A stretch of DNA of 64,000 bases, from the IMG/VR virus record IMGVR_UViG_3300046616_000348, positions 1 to 64,000 of that record; one strand, 5' to 3'. Source of the DNA: a virus. The position numbers and the translations under genes are program-made. The notes below the pieces were generated by a model. It was not told where the DNA came from, searched no databases, and worked only from the letters and a program-made list of their open reading frames with translations. This document shows, piece after piece, positions 1 to 9,491 of the stretch; position 1 is the stretch's first letter; every line of letters begins with the position of its first letter.

Positions 1-177
1 GGCTGGGCGCAGCGCAAGGAAAGCGAGGTTTTCGACCTCCGAAATCGACGTTTCCGCTTCCTTTTGGCGGATTTGCTGGTGCTTTCGTGCGCGCGGCCCA
101 CGATTTGCAGCTGAAACCACCGAGATCGCTGGGTTTCAGCGAGGTTTTTGAGGGCGAAATATACGAATAGCGGTGGG

Positions 178-206
178 TTCACACCTACTTATTCACAACG
201 TATAAA
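178..206 (+). promoter_or_regulatory. sigma70-type promoter TTCACA-N17-TATAAA overlapped by a 17-bp operator (189-205)
   Basis: -35 at 178-183, -10 at 201-206; TTATTCACAACGTATAA matches the operators in the cI/cro region. Confidence 0.6.
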
Positions 207-286
207 CCGGAAGTGACGGCACCGAGAGCGGCAATCAGCCCACCGGTGCCCGACACTAAGGCGAGAGCCCCGGAGAACATCAGAAA

Positions 287-1438
287 ATGACGGCATCTGT
301 TGTGCCGGCGTCCAGCGACGCCGAGCGTTTTCACGTCTGTAGTGTATGCGATGTGAATAAAACTGCCGCAGATTTCTACTACTTGCCTAAGACAGACCGC
401 CCCTGGGTGAGGCGGGTCTGTCGCAGCTGCAGGATGGTGGAGACCGCTGCTTGGAAGGCAGCCAACCCGGACAAAGTTCACGAGGCCGGGGAGCGCCGGA
501 AGGCTCGCCTGCGGGAGAAGAACGCACCGGCGATCGCAGAGCGCGCGGCCGAGGTCGCGGCAAGGAAGGCTGACCGCAAGGCCGCTGCCGAACAGCGCGC
601 GGCCAGGAGGGCGCATCGCCTCGCCACCGAGGGGAAGGCTGCGACGGCGGCGCGCCGTCAGGCCCGCTTGGATCGAGAGCTCGCGGAGGGGCGCTGCTGC
701 ACTAGCTGCGCTCAGACAAAGCCCCTTGAGATGTTCGGCCGCGTGAAGCAGTCGCGCTCGGGCTACGCGACGGCGTGCAAGGCATGCACGAGCGAGAAGG
801 CCAGGCTGCGGATGAGGCCGGAACAGCGAGCGGCGCAGAACGAGCGGGCAAGGTTGAAAAGGCGGGAGAACCCCGAGAAACAGCGGGAGGTGGCGAAGGC
901 CTCGCGCCAGCGGAACCGTGACGCACATCTCGCGCGCCTCGCCAAGTGGGCGAGGGAGAACCCGGAGAAGAAGCGCGCCAACGACAGGGCGGCGGCCGAG
1001 CGACAACGCCTCCGTATGGCGGCTGACCCCGAGTATGCGGAGCGCATCCGCCAAACGGAGCGCGCGGCCCGGGCTCGGCGTCGGCAGCACCCAAAGATCC
1101 GGCTGAACCATAACGTCAGCAGGAGGGTGTCGGACACGCTGGCCCGCGGCGCGAAGTTCGGCCGGCGGACCTACGACCTGCTCGGGTACTCGTCGGCCCA
1201 GTTGGTCGCTCACCTTGAGAAGCAGTTCCTCCCCGGTATGACCTGGGAGAATTACGGTGAGTGGCACGTCGACCACATCATCCCCCTCGCGGCGTTCAAC
1301 TTCGAGCGTCCGGAGGACATCGACTTCTGCCGCGCCTGGGCGCTGAGCAACCTGCAGCCTCTGTGGGCGATGGACAACATCAAGAAGAACGCGTCGCTCG
1401 CGGCGCCCTTCCAGCCGAGCCTGCTGCTCGCGGTGTAA
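287..1438 (+). CDS. HNH endonuclease with two CxxC..CxxC zinc fingers and a charged helical linker
   Basis: C-terminal MTWENYGEWHVDHIIPL...NLQPLWAMDNIKK HNH motif; CSVC/CRSC and CTSC/CKAC; RBS GGAG at 272. Confidence 0.85.
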   Translation: MTASVVPASSDAERFHVCSVCDVNKTAADFYYLPKTDRPWVRRVCRSCRMVETAAWKAANPDKVHEAGERRKARLREKNAPAIAERAAEVAARKADRKAAAEQRAARRAHRLATEGKAATAARRQARLDRELAEGRCCTSCAQTKPLEMFGRVKQSRSGYATACKACTSEKARLRMRPEQRAAQNERARLKRRENPEKQREVAKASRQRNRDAHLARLAKWARENPEKKRANDRAAAERQRLRMAADPEYAERIRQTERAARARRRQHPKIRLNHNVSRRVSDTLARGAKFGRRTYDLLGYSSAQLVAHLEKQFLPGMTWENYGEWHVDHIIPLAAFNFERPEDIDFCRAWALSNLQPLWAMDNIKKNASLAAPFQPSLLLAV

Positions 1439-1450
1439 AGGAGGCCTGGA

Positions 1451-2143
1451 ATGCAGGTCGTGGTGAGCAAAAAGCTCACGAATTTCGTGCGTTTCCAGGA
1501 CATCCCAAAACTCATTCAGCGCCCAAACTTCCGTTTGGAGCTGCATCGAGGGGTCATAGACGCAGGTCGAAAAACGCGAACTCAGGTCCAGCGGGCCGTC
1601 GCCAAGCAGATGGCGGTCACTGCCGGAGGATACCGGGGCTACGTGGTGCCCAACATGAGGGGCATTTCCCGGCCGGCGAGGCTCGAATTTGAGATCCGCG
1701 GCAGTGGAAAGGGCGCGCCCATCGAGACCTACAAGGGTCTCCGGGCCCTCTCGCCGAGGGGGAAGGTAGCGGCATCCTTCAATAAGGGCCGCTCGTCCAT
1801 CGACAAGGGCTTCGTCCGGTCCGAAGTCTGGAACGCGCCCCGCACCTTCAAGCGGTCGTTCGCCCAGGGCGGCGGATTCTTCGCCCTCATCCCTGCGACG
1901 ACCGGGTCAGGTCGCCTGCCCAAGGCGTTCTGGACCTACGGCCACAAGCCGACCCAGCCGCGAGATGCGACGGGGCGGTTCGGCAAGAGTGGAGCGCCCG
2001 GGTTCAAGATCCGACGCCTCTACGGTCCGGCCCTGGGCAAGGAAATCGACAAAGACCAGTCGCTCTCGACGTTCCTGACCTTCGGTCCACCGGAGCTCGA
2101 GCGGCAGGTCTCCAAACGCGTCGCGAAACTGATGCGTTACTAA
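1451..2143 (+). CDS. basic virion/neck protein, lambda gpZ-like
   Basis: Arg/Lys-rich with C-terminal IRRLYGPAL motif; strong RBS AAGGAGG. Confidence 0.55.
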   Translation: MQVVVSKKLTNFVRFQDIPKLIQRPNFRLELHRGVIDAGRKTRTQVQRAVAKQMAVTAGGYRGYVVPNMRGISRPARLEFEIRGSGKGAPIETYKGLRALSPRGKVAASFNKGRSSIDKGFVRSEVWNAPRTFKRSFAQGGGFFALIPATTGSGRLPKAFWTYGHKPTQPRDATGRFGKSGAPGFKIRRLYGPALGKEIDKDQSLSTFLTFGPPELERQVSKRVAKLMRY

Positions 2144-2145
2144 TC

Positions 2146-2245
2146 CCGAGGTGGTCGGCAGCCGACACCCGTCGTGAGACAGCGGGCATGCCGGCGTATT
2201 GCCGACTGCCTCGGTGATGGCGAGCGCACGAACCTGGCGCCGTCA
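2146..2245 (+). ncRNA. candidate structured RNA (tandem double hairpin)
   Basis: 15-bp stem 2146-2160/2200-2214 with G-U pairs and an inner GUC-GUGA-GAC tetraloop; second stem 2215-2222/2238-2245. Confidence 0.45.
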
Positions 2246-2266
2246 AACTCAACCAAGGAACGTCCA

Positions 2267-2494
2267 ATGAAGAAGCTGTTGTCCGCCATCCTGGCGGTCG
2301 CGGCACTCGCTCTGTCGTCTTTCGCGACCGGGCTGGTGACCGCAGAAGTTGCCGTCGCCGCTCCCTCGATCGTGTCGTGCTCCACCGCTCACCCGGTGAA
2401 GTGGGATCGCCCCGGTGGCTACTGCGAGCAGGTCCGCGACCTGAAATCGCTCGCGAGCCACAAGAGCGAGCCGAAGAAGAAACCCCCCGCATAG
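2267..2494 (+). CDS. small secreted protein (signal peptide, two Cys)
   Basis: MKKLLSAILAVAALALSS... after RBS AAGGA; start corrected from the ORF track. Confidence 0.7.
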   Translation: MKKLLSAILAVAALALSSFATGLVTAEVAVAAPSIVSCSTAHPVKWDRPGGYCEQVRDLKSLASHKSEPKKKPPA

Positions 2495-2560
2495 CAGATC
2501 GATCAGCAGCGCCCCGGCAGGTCCGGGGCGTCACTGAACGGTTACGGGACAGGAGCGCTC

Positions 2561-2746
2561 ATGCGCCAGGAACTCAACGACCCGCCGGCCACGTGGCAGC
2601 AGCGCTTGATCACCCTCGCGGTGGTCATCGGCATTGCCGCCGGCGTCGCGGCCATTGTCATCGGCGTGGCTGCGCTCCAGCGCACCTGCGCCGTCTACGA
2701 CCTCACCGGCCAGGAGGCCCGCTGCAAATGGAGCGGTGCCCACTGA
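2561..2746 (+). CDS. small single-pass membrane protein
   Basis: RBS AGGAG; hydrophobic LITLAVVIGIAAGVAAIVIGVAAL. Confidence 0.65.
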   Translation: MRQELNDPPATWQQRLITLAVVIGIAAGVAAIVIGVAALQRTCAVYDLTGQEARCKWSGAH

Positions 2747-2883
2747 GCTTCGCAATGCGCTGGGGGGCGTGGCTCGGCGAGCCCCGCAACCTGCAGACGT
2801 ACCTGATGCGCATCAGGGATCGCTATCCGAGCCTTCGGCCCGACGTGGGGCAGTTGGTCAGGGGGAGGATGACCTTCCGATGA
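2728..2883 (+). CDS. small hypothetical protein
   Basis: RBS AGGAGG at 2712; stop overlaps the next start (ATGA). Confidence 0.45.
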   Translation: MERCPLSFAMRWGAWLGEPRNLQTYLMRIRDRYPSLRPDVGQLVRGRMTFR

Positions 2884-3089
2884 TCTTCGGCATCAAGAAC
2901 AGCCAGCTCGGCCAGTGGCGCCGGCGCTACGCCTGGGCACCGCAGGTGCTGTCCGACGGCCGGATGATCTGGTTCGAGCGCTACTGGATCCGCTGGCGGG
3001 TGAACCTCGCCGGCTTCTCGTACCCCGAGCTGGTGCTCGAGCCCTACGAAGATGCGCCCCGGCCCACCACGCCGCCAGTGAGGAGGTAG
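2880..3089 (+). CDS. small Trp-rich hypothetical protein
   Basis: WRRRYAWAPQVLSDGRMIWFERY pattern typical of small phage ORFs; ATGA coupling. Confidence 0.6.
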   Translation: MIFGIKNSQLGQWRRRYAWAPQVLSDGRMIWFERYWIRWRVNLAGFSYPELVLEPYEDAPRPTTPPVRR

Positions 3090-3093
3090 CCGC

Positions 3094-3651
3094 ATGGCTG
3101 CACGCAACACCCCTGCCACGAAGCCCCGCCAGCGCGAGGCCAAAGACAAGCCCCTGGAGCGCCGCATGCCGGATCACGTCATCCAGAAGGAGATGGCGAA
3201 GATCCTCAGCATCACCGATCGCCAGGTCCGAAACCTGATGAACGACGGCGTGCTGGTGCGCGAGGGGCGATCAGAGTTCCCGGTGGCCGAGAACGTCGCC
3301 CGGTATGTGGCCTTCAAGGAGAAGGCGGCGACCGAAAAGGCAGCGCCGGCAGCGGCGGACGGGCTCCGCACCAAGCGCGAGGAACAACTCGCGATCCGTA
3401 TCGGCCGTGAAGACCGGCAGCTCATCACCCTCAAGGAGGCGATGGAGTTCGTCGACAACGTCTGCGGCCTGTTTGTCCAAACCATCTCCGGCCTGCCGGC
3501 GCGGCATACCCGCGACCTGGCCGAGCGGAAGCGTCTCGAGGCGACCTGCGACGATGTCCGAAAAGAGCTTTCCGATGGTTTCGGCAAAGAGCAGCGAGCT
3601 CTCCGCACGGGTGTGCCGATTGCTGAAGCCTCCGACGAGGATGACGCCTGA
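3094..3651 (+). CDS. terS: terminase small subunit (Nu1-like)
   Basis: wHTH QKEMAKILSITDRQVRNL plus coiled coil; overlaps the large subunit. Confidence 0.85.
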   Translation: MAARNTPATKPRQREAKDKPLERRMPDHVIQKEMAKILSITDRQVRNLMNDGVLVREGRSEFPVAENVARYVAFKEKAATEKAAPAAADGLRTKREEQLAIRIGREDRQLITLKEAMEFVDNVCGLFVQTISGLPARHTRDLAERKRLEATCDDVRKELSDGFGKEQRALRTGVPIAEASDEDDA

Positions 3652-5584
3652 CGCCTGGGGCGCAGCGAACCGCGTATACCCGCCCACCTCCGGCATGCCC
3701 GGCAAGCGCAATCCGAACGTTACGCCTTACATCATCGCGTTCGAGCGCGCCGTCGACGCCCGCACCCACAAGCGCGTGGTGCTGGTGATCTCGGCGCAGT
3801 CGGGCAAGTCCGAGGCGCTGCTCGACATCATCGGGCAGCGCATGGACACCTCGCCGATCCCGATGCTCTACCTCGGGCCGACCAAGCAGTTCATCACCGA
3901 GCAGTGGGAGCCCCGCGTAATGGAGCTCCTCGACGGCGCAAAGGTGCTGTCGAGCAAGGTGACGCGCGGCCGCACGATGAAGAAGACCATGAAGAAGATC
4001 GGCGGCGTGCCGCTGCGTCTTGCTCATGGCGGTTCGTCGTCCGCCCTGAAGTCCGACCCTTTCGGCCTCGCCCTCACGGACGAGGCGGACGAGCTCATGA
4101 GCAACGTCAAGGGCGCCGGTAACCCGATCGACCTCGTGGACATCCGCGGCGACACCTACGCCGACTTCGTCCACGCCATCGTGTCGACCCCCAGCGAGGG
4201 CCCGAACGAAGTGGAACGCGACCCCGAAAGCGGCCTCGAGTTCTGGCAGAGCGAGACGGCCGAAGAGGTCAAGTCGACCATCTGGCGGCTGTGGCTGTCG
4301 GGCACCCAGTATCACTGGGCGTGGCCGTGCCCGCACTGCGAGGACTATTTCATCCCGCGCTTCAAGGATCTCCGCTGGGAGAAGCCGACGAGCGACACCG
4401 GCAAGGAGATGCCCTCCGACCCGGTGATGGCGAAGCGGACCGCGCACCTGTCGTGCCCGTGCTGCGGCACGGACATCTACCAGCAGGAGCTGATCGGCAA
4501 CCAGAACACCAAGGAGTGGATGAACGAGCGCGGCGTCTTCGTCGCGCCCGGGCAGCACATCCTGCCGGATGGGACGGTGGTCGGCGACCCGCCGGAGCGA
4601 GAGACGATCTCGTTCTGGGTGTCGGGGCTGGCTTCGCCGTTCAAGTCCTGGGGCGATCGAGCCGAGCGGTATGTCACCGCTGTGCTCTCCCGCGACCCTG
4701 CCGCCATCCAGGCGGTGGTGAACGGCGGCTTCGGCGAACTCTACAGCCCGACCGGCGGCGTCGTCCCGGACTGGTCCGAGGTCGCGAAGCTCCGCTCCAA
4801 AGAATACGTCTCCGGCCAGGTGGTCGGCGGCGTGCGCATCCTGACCATGACGGTCGACGTGCAGAAGAACGGCATGTTCTACACCGTCCGAGGGTGGGGC
4901 GCTCGCGCTCGATCCTGGCTGGTTGAGGCCGGTTTCCTGCAGGGCGAGACGGCTGAAGAGGCCGTCTGGGATACGCTCGAGGGCATGATCTACGATACCT
5001 ACGACGGTATCCCCCTCCGGCTTGTCATCGTCGACGCCGGTTTCCGTCCGGGCAAGAAGGACGAGGTTCCTCTGAACCGCGTCTATGAGTTCGCCCGCAA
5101 GCACAAGCGCCTCGTCCGAGCGACGAAGGGTGCCTCCTCGGCGATGGTTCGCCCGATCGTCAGCTCGGCGATCGACGTGAACAAGAACGGCGAGGTCATC
5201 CCGAACGCGCTCGAGCTGTTCCGCCTCGACACCGACTATTTCAAGCGGTGGGTGCAGGAGCGGTTGCGGTGGGATCCCGAGCAGCCCGGTGGCTGGGCGC
5301 TGCCCGGCGACGTCAGCGATGACTACTGCCGGCAGATGGTCTCGGAAGCCCGCGTGAAGAACGCGAGCGGCAAGGCCGTCTGGATCCAGAAGTCGAAGGA
5401 CAACCACTACTTCGACTGCGAGGCGATGCAGGCGGCCGCGGCCACCATGCTCAACGTCATCAAGCTCCGCGAGGACGCTCCCGCCCCCGAACGGGGCGAG
5501 AAGCCCCAGCGGCGCACCACCGAAACCCAGCAGACCTCGACCAGTCGTTCCGACAGCTGGCTCGGGGGAGGGAGCATCTGGTAA
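3554..5584 (+). CDS. terL: terminase large subunit, lambda GpA family (start uncertain, 3554-3641)
   Basis: SAQSGKSE Walker A, LTDEAD Walker B, VSTP, CPHC/CPCC zinc motif, TVDVQ nuclease, NHYFDC. Confidence 0.95.
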   Translation: MSEKSFPMVSAKSSELSARVCRLLKPPTRMTPDAWGAANRVYPPTSGMPGKRNPNVTPYIIAFERAVDARTHKRVVLVISAQSGKSEALLDIIGQRMDTSPIPMLYLGPTKQFITEQWEPRVMELLDGAKVLSSKVTRGRTMKKTMKKIGGVPLRLAHGGSSSALKSDPFGLALTDEADELMSNVKGAGNPIDLVDIRGDTYADFVHAIVSTPSEGPNEVERDPESGLEFWQSETAEEVKSTIWRLWLSGTQYHWAWPCPHCEDYFIPRFKDLRWEKPTSDTGKEMPSDPVMAKRTAHLSCPCCGTDIYQQELIGNQNTKEWMNERGVFVAPGQHILPDGTVVGDPPERETISFWVSGLASPFKSWGDRAERYVTAVLSRDPAAIQAVVNGGFGELYSPTGGVVPDWSEVAKLRSKEYVSGQVVGGVRILTMTVDVQKNGMFYTVRGWGARARSWLVEAGFLQGETAEEAVWDTLEGMIYDTYDGIPLRLVIVDAGFRPGKKDEVPLNRVYEFARKHKRLVRATKGASSAMVRPIVSSAIDVNKNGEVIPNALELFRLDTDYFKRWVQERLRWDPEQPGGWALPGDVSDDYCRQMVSEARVKNASGKAVWIQKSKDNHYFDCEAMQAAAATMLNVIKLREDAPAPERGEKPQRRTTETQQTSTSRSDSWLGGGSIW

Positions 5585-5796
5585 TGGACCCCGCAGAGAT
5601 GGCGGAGCTGCTGATCGAGCTCAAAAGGGCACGGTTCAGCGGCGCCCGTCGCATCAAGTTCCGGGAACGGGACGTCGAATACAAGTCCGACGCCGAGATG
5701 GCGAAGGCGATCAAGGCGCTCGAGGCGGAGATTGCCAAGGCGAGCCCGCTGCCCAGCTCCTCGCTGGCTGAGTTCGATGGAGGGTTCACCTCGTGA
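5584..5796 (+). CDS. head-tail joining protein, gpW-like
   Basis: 70 aa SGARRIKFRERDVEYKS between terL and portal. Confidence 0.85.
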   Translation: MDPAEMAELLIELKRARFSGARRIKFRERDVEYKSDAEMAKAIKALEAEIAKASPLPSSSLAEFDGGFTS

Positions 5797-7418
5797 GCTT
5801 CCTCGAAACCGCTATCTCGACGGTGGCGCCCGGCTGGGCGCTCCGTCGCGAGGTGTCGCGTCAGCGCATGGAAATCCTTCAGGGTCTCCGCGCTTACGAC
5901 GGCGCCGCGCAGGGCCGCCGGCTCAAGAACTGGAACGCCAGCGCGACCGACGGCGATGCCGAAATCTCGGCCAACGGCGACCGGCTCCGGCACCGCGCCC
6001 GCGACCTGGTCCGGAACAACCCGCACGCCGCAAAGGCGGTGACGATCCTTGCCGACAACCTGGTCGGCGAGGGCATCATCCCCCGCGCCAACACGGGTGA
6101 CCCGGAGAAGGACAAGGAGATCAACCGCATCTTCGACATCTGGTCGAAGAAGTGCGATCCGGCCGGGCAGGCGACCTTCTACACCAAGCAGTACCAGGCG
6201 GTGCGCGGCATGGTGGAGGGCGGCGAAATGCTGGCCCGCCGGCAGGTCTACCGCCCGAAGCTCGTCGACCCGGAGAACCCGCTCGTCGGTCTGCAGATCC
6301 AGCTCCTCGAGCCGGACTTCCTCGACACGACGAAGACGGCGGGCAAGGGCAAGCAGGTTGTCCAGTCGGGTATCGTCTTCGACCAGAAGGGTGCCCGCCT
6401 CGGCTACTGGCTGCGCTCGAAGCACCCGGGCTCGTCGAACACCTCCGGCGCCGGCAACAGCGAAAGCACGCTGGTCAAGGCCGACGAGATCGCCCACCTC
6501 TACGAGGCAGGACGTCCCACGGTGCGCGGCGTCACCTGGCTGGCACCTGGCATCGTCACGATGCGCGACGCCGACGAGTACGACCAGGCCGAGCTTGTCC
6601 GGAAGAAGATCGAGGCCTGCGTTGTCGCGATCGTCACCCCGGGCGAGGACGATCCGAACGACACCGGCATCACCTCGAAGGTGACCGACGCCAACGGCAA
6701 CGTCCTCGAGCGCTTCGAGCCGGGCGTCATCGCCTACTCGCGTGGCGGCAAGCAGATCAACTTCAACAACCCTTCGGTGTCGGCCGGCTACGAGCCGTTC
6801 ACCCGGACGATGTTGCGGAAGATCGCCGCCGCTCTGCGCATCCCCTACGAGTTCCTGACGGGCGACCTCTCCACGGTCAACTTCTCGTCGGCGCGCGTGG
6901 GGATCATCGAGTTCCGCCGCTTCGTGCGGGCTATCCAGCAGCACTACATCATCCCGATGTTCTGCCAGCCCATCTGGGACTGGTTCATCGAGACGGCGCA
7001 GCTGCAGGGCCTGATCGAGGACGGCGTGACCATCCCCGTGAAGTGGGTGCCGCCGAAGTTCGAGTTCATCAATCCGATCGACGACGTCAAGGCCGACATC
7101 CTCGCCATCCGTGCGGGTCTCCGGTCCTGGCAGGACGTCGTGGCCTCCTACGGCTACGACCCGAACGAGGTGTTGAGCGAGATCGAGGCGATCAACCTGC
7201 TGCTCGACAGCGCCGGCATCGTCCTGGACAGCGACCCCCGCAATACCACTCAGCAGGGCCTCGCGCAGATCTTCGGCGACGCCAGCGGTGATGGGGGAGA
7301 CGGGGAAACTGATCCCCCGACGAAGGACAAGCAGCCGGCCGCCAAGCCCGCCGCCAAGTCCTCCACCAAGGCACCGGCTGCGAAGCCGGCCGCCAAGAAG
7401 AAGGCAACCGCAAAATGA
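5793..7418 (+). CDS. portal protein, lambda family
   Basis: RARDLVRNNPHA, RGVTWLAP, LTGDLSTVNFSSAR motifs; PAAK-repeat C-terminus. Confidence 0.95.
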   Translation: MSFLETAISTVAPGWALRREVSRQRMEILQGLRAYDGAAQGRRLKNWNASATDGDAEISANGDRLRHRARDLVRNNPHAAKAVTILADNLVGEGIIPRANTGDPEKDKEINRIFDIWSKKCDPAGQATFYTKQYQAVRGMVEGGEMLARRQVYRPKLVDPENPLVGLQIQLLEPDFLDTTKTAGKGKQVVQSGIVFDQKGARLGYWLRSKHPGSSNTSGAGNSESTLVKADEIAHLYEAGRPTVRGVTWLAPGIVTMRDADEYDQAELVRKKIEACVVAIVTPGEDDPNDTGITSKVTDANGNVLERFEPGVIAYSRGGKQINFNNPSVSAGYEPFTRTMLRKIAAALRIPYEFLTGDLSTVNFSSARVGIIEFRRFVRAIQQHYIIPMFCQPIWDWFIETAQLQGLIEDGVTIPVKWVPPKFEFINPIDDVKADILAIRAGLRSWQDVVASYGYDPNEVLSEIEAINLLLDSAGIVLDSDPRNTTQQGLAQIFGDASGDGGDGETDPPTKDKQPAAKPAAKSSTKAPAAKPAAKKKATAK

Positions 7419-9469
7419 CTAAGCCGACTAAGAGCGTGAAGGTCGACAACGGCCGGATCGCTCTCGAGGTCCGGTCCGACAGCGTCAACATGGACGCCCG
7501 CACGGTGGAGGTGATCTTCGCCGCCGGCGCGGCCGTCAAGCGTTGGAGCTGGGACGAGGGCTTCTTCATGGAGGAGCTCTCGATGGACCGCGCAGCGGTT
7601 CGCCTCGAGCGCCTCAACGCCGGCGCAGCGTTCCTCGACACCCACGACAGCTGGTCGATGGGCTCCCGCCTTGGTGCGGTGGTGCCCGGCTCGGCCCGCA
7701 TCGAGGGTGGCAAGGGCTACGCGACGGTGAAGTTCTCCCGCAGCGACGAAGCCGAACGGATCCTCCAGGACACCCGCGACGGCATCCCGCTGCTCATCAG
7801 CGTTGGGTACAAAACCCACCGCTATGAAAAGATCGAGGGCGACGGCGAGAAGCTGCCGATCCTCCGCGCGACCGACTGGGAACCGATGGAGCTCTCCGCG
7901 GTCCCCATCCCGGCCGATCCTGGCGCGCACGCTCGCTCCGAGCCCAAAGACGGCGTCTACGACGTCGAAGTCGTCACCAGGGACGACACCACCGAGACCG
8001 CGGCTGCGGTCGAACCCAAGGAAGAGACTATGACCCCTGAAGAGATCGCGGCCGCCGAAGCGGCTCGCGTGGCCGCTGCTGCTGCCGCTGCCCCGGCGCC
8101 CGTCGTCGAGACCCGCGCCGCTCCCGTGGTTGCGCCGGCCCCGGTCGTTGCCCCGGCCCCCGTTGCCACCCAGCAGGCCGTCGACGTGGATGCTATCCGC
8201 GCTGCCGAGACCACCCGCGTCTCGACCATCCTGCAGCTGGCCGCTCGCTACGGCGTCACTGACGCTGCCCGCGACGCTGCCATCTCCGGCAACCACGACG
8301 TGCAGTCGTTCCGGAACGCCATCCTCGATGGCATGGAAGCCCGCCAGTCCCGCCAGCCCACCGCCCCGATGGTTGACGCCACCGTGCGCGATGCGCAGCA
8401 GGACGAGGTCACTACCCGCCGCGAGGCGATGACCAACGCGCTGCTGAACCGCTCGGCTCCGGCCCGCACCAAGCTGACCGACGCCGGCCGCCAGTACCGC
8501 GGCCTGTCGCTCATCGAAATGGCCCGCGAGTCGCTGCGCGAGGCTGGCGTCAACGTCCGCGGCATGACCTACGACGACATCGCCAAGCGCTCGTTCCAGT
8601 CGACCTCGGACTTCCCGATCATCCTCGAGAGCGTCACCAACCGCACCCTCCTTGCTGCTTACCAGGCTGCCCCGCAGACCTGGCGCGAGTTCTGCAAGCA
8701 GGGCACCGCGCGTGACTTCAAGGAGATGACGCGCGCCCGCCTCGGCGGCGCCGGCGAGCTGCTCAAGGTGAACGAGAGCGGCGAGTTCAAGCGCACCTCG
8801 CTGAAGGAAGGCAAGGAAAGCTACAAGATCGCGACCTATGGTCGTGTTGTGTCCGTCACCCGCCAGGTGCTGATCAACGACGATCTCGGCGCTTTCACCG
8901 ACCTGCCGTCGCAGTTCGGTAAGGCCGTCGCGAACCTCGAGAGCGACACCGTCTGGGGCGTCATCACGAACAACGTGAAGATGGCGGATGGCAACGGCCT
9001 GTTCCACGCCAGCCACTCCAACATCGCCGCTGGCGGCGTTGGCTTTGGCGTCGACGGCCTCGCCGCCGGCCGCACCCTGATGGGCAAGCAGCTGGACATG
9101 GACGGCAAGACGGTCCTCAACCTCCGTCCGGCCTTCGTGCTCCTGCCGACCGAACTCGAGCTCAAGGCCGAGCAGCTGCTGGGCTCGTTCCAGCCGAACG
9201 TCCCGGGCAACGTGACGCCCGAGTCGATGCGCAAGCTGAAGCCGATCGTCGAGGGTCGTCTGTCGCAGAAGTCCGCCACCGAGTTCTACCTCGTGGCCGA
9301 CCCGTCGCAGATCGACACCATCGAGTACGCGTACCTCGAAGGTAACGAAGGCCCGTACACTGAGAGCCGCCTCGGCTTCGACGTGGACGGCCTCGAGGTG
9401 AAGGTCCGCCTCGACTTCGGCGCGGCCCCGCTCGACAGCAAGGGCTTCGTCCGGCACCCCGGCGCGTAA
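7415..9469 (+). CDS. prohead protease-scaffold-major capsid protein fusion
   Basis: N-terminal protease (FLDTH, ISVGY, ELSAVPIPAD); C-terminal capsid motifs STSDFP, TYGR, INDDLGAF, VKVRLDFG. Confidence 0.92.
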   Translation: MTKPTKSVKVDNGRIALEVRSDSVNMDARTVEVIFAAGAAVKRWSWDEGFFMEELSMDRAAVRLERLNAGAAFLDTHDSWSMGSRLGAVVPGSARIEGGKGYATVKFSRSDEAERILQDTRDGIPLLISVGYKTHRYEKIEGDGEKLPILRATDWEPMELSAVPIPADPGAHARSEPKDGVYDVEVVTRDDTTETAAAVEPKEETMTPEEIAAAEAARVAAAAAAAPAPVVETRAAPVVAPAPVVAPAPVATQQAVDVDAIRAAETTRVSTILQLAARYGVTDAARDAAISGNHDVQSFRNAILDGMEARQSRQPTAPMVDATVRDAQQDEVTTRREAMTNALLNRSAPARTKLTDAGRQYRGLSLIEMARESLREAGVNVRGMTYDDIAKRSFQSTSDFPIILESVTNRTLLAAYQAAPQTWREFCKQGTARDFKEMTRARLGGAGELLKVNESGEFKRTSLKEGKESYKIATYGRVVSVTRQVLINDDLGAFTDLPSQFGKAVANLESDTVWGVITNNVKMADGNGLFHASHSNIAAGGVGFGVDGLAAGRTLMGKQLDMDGKTVLNLRPAFVLLPTELELKAEQLLGSFQPNVPGNVTPESMRKLKPIVEGRLSQKSATEFYLVADPSQIDTIEYAYLEGNEGPYTESRLGFDVDGLEVKVRLDFGAAPLDSKGFVRHPGA

Positions 9470-9491
9470 GCGTTCCCCACCACCACTGACG

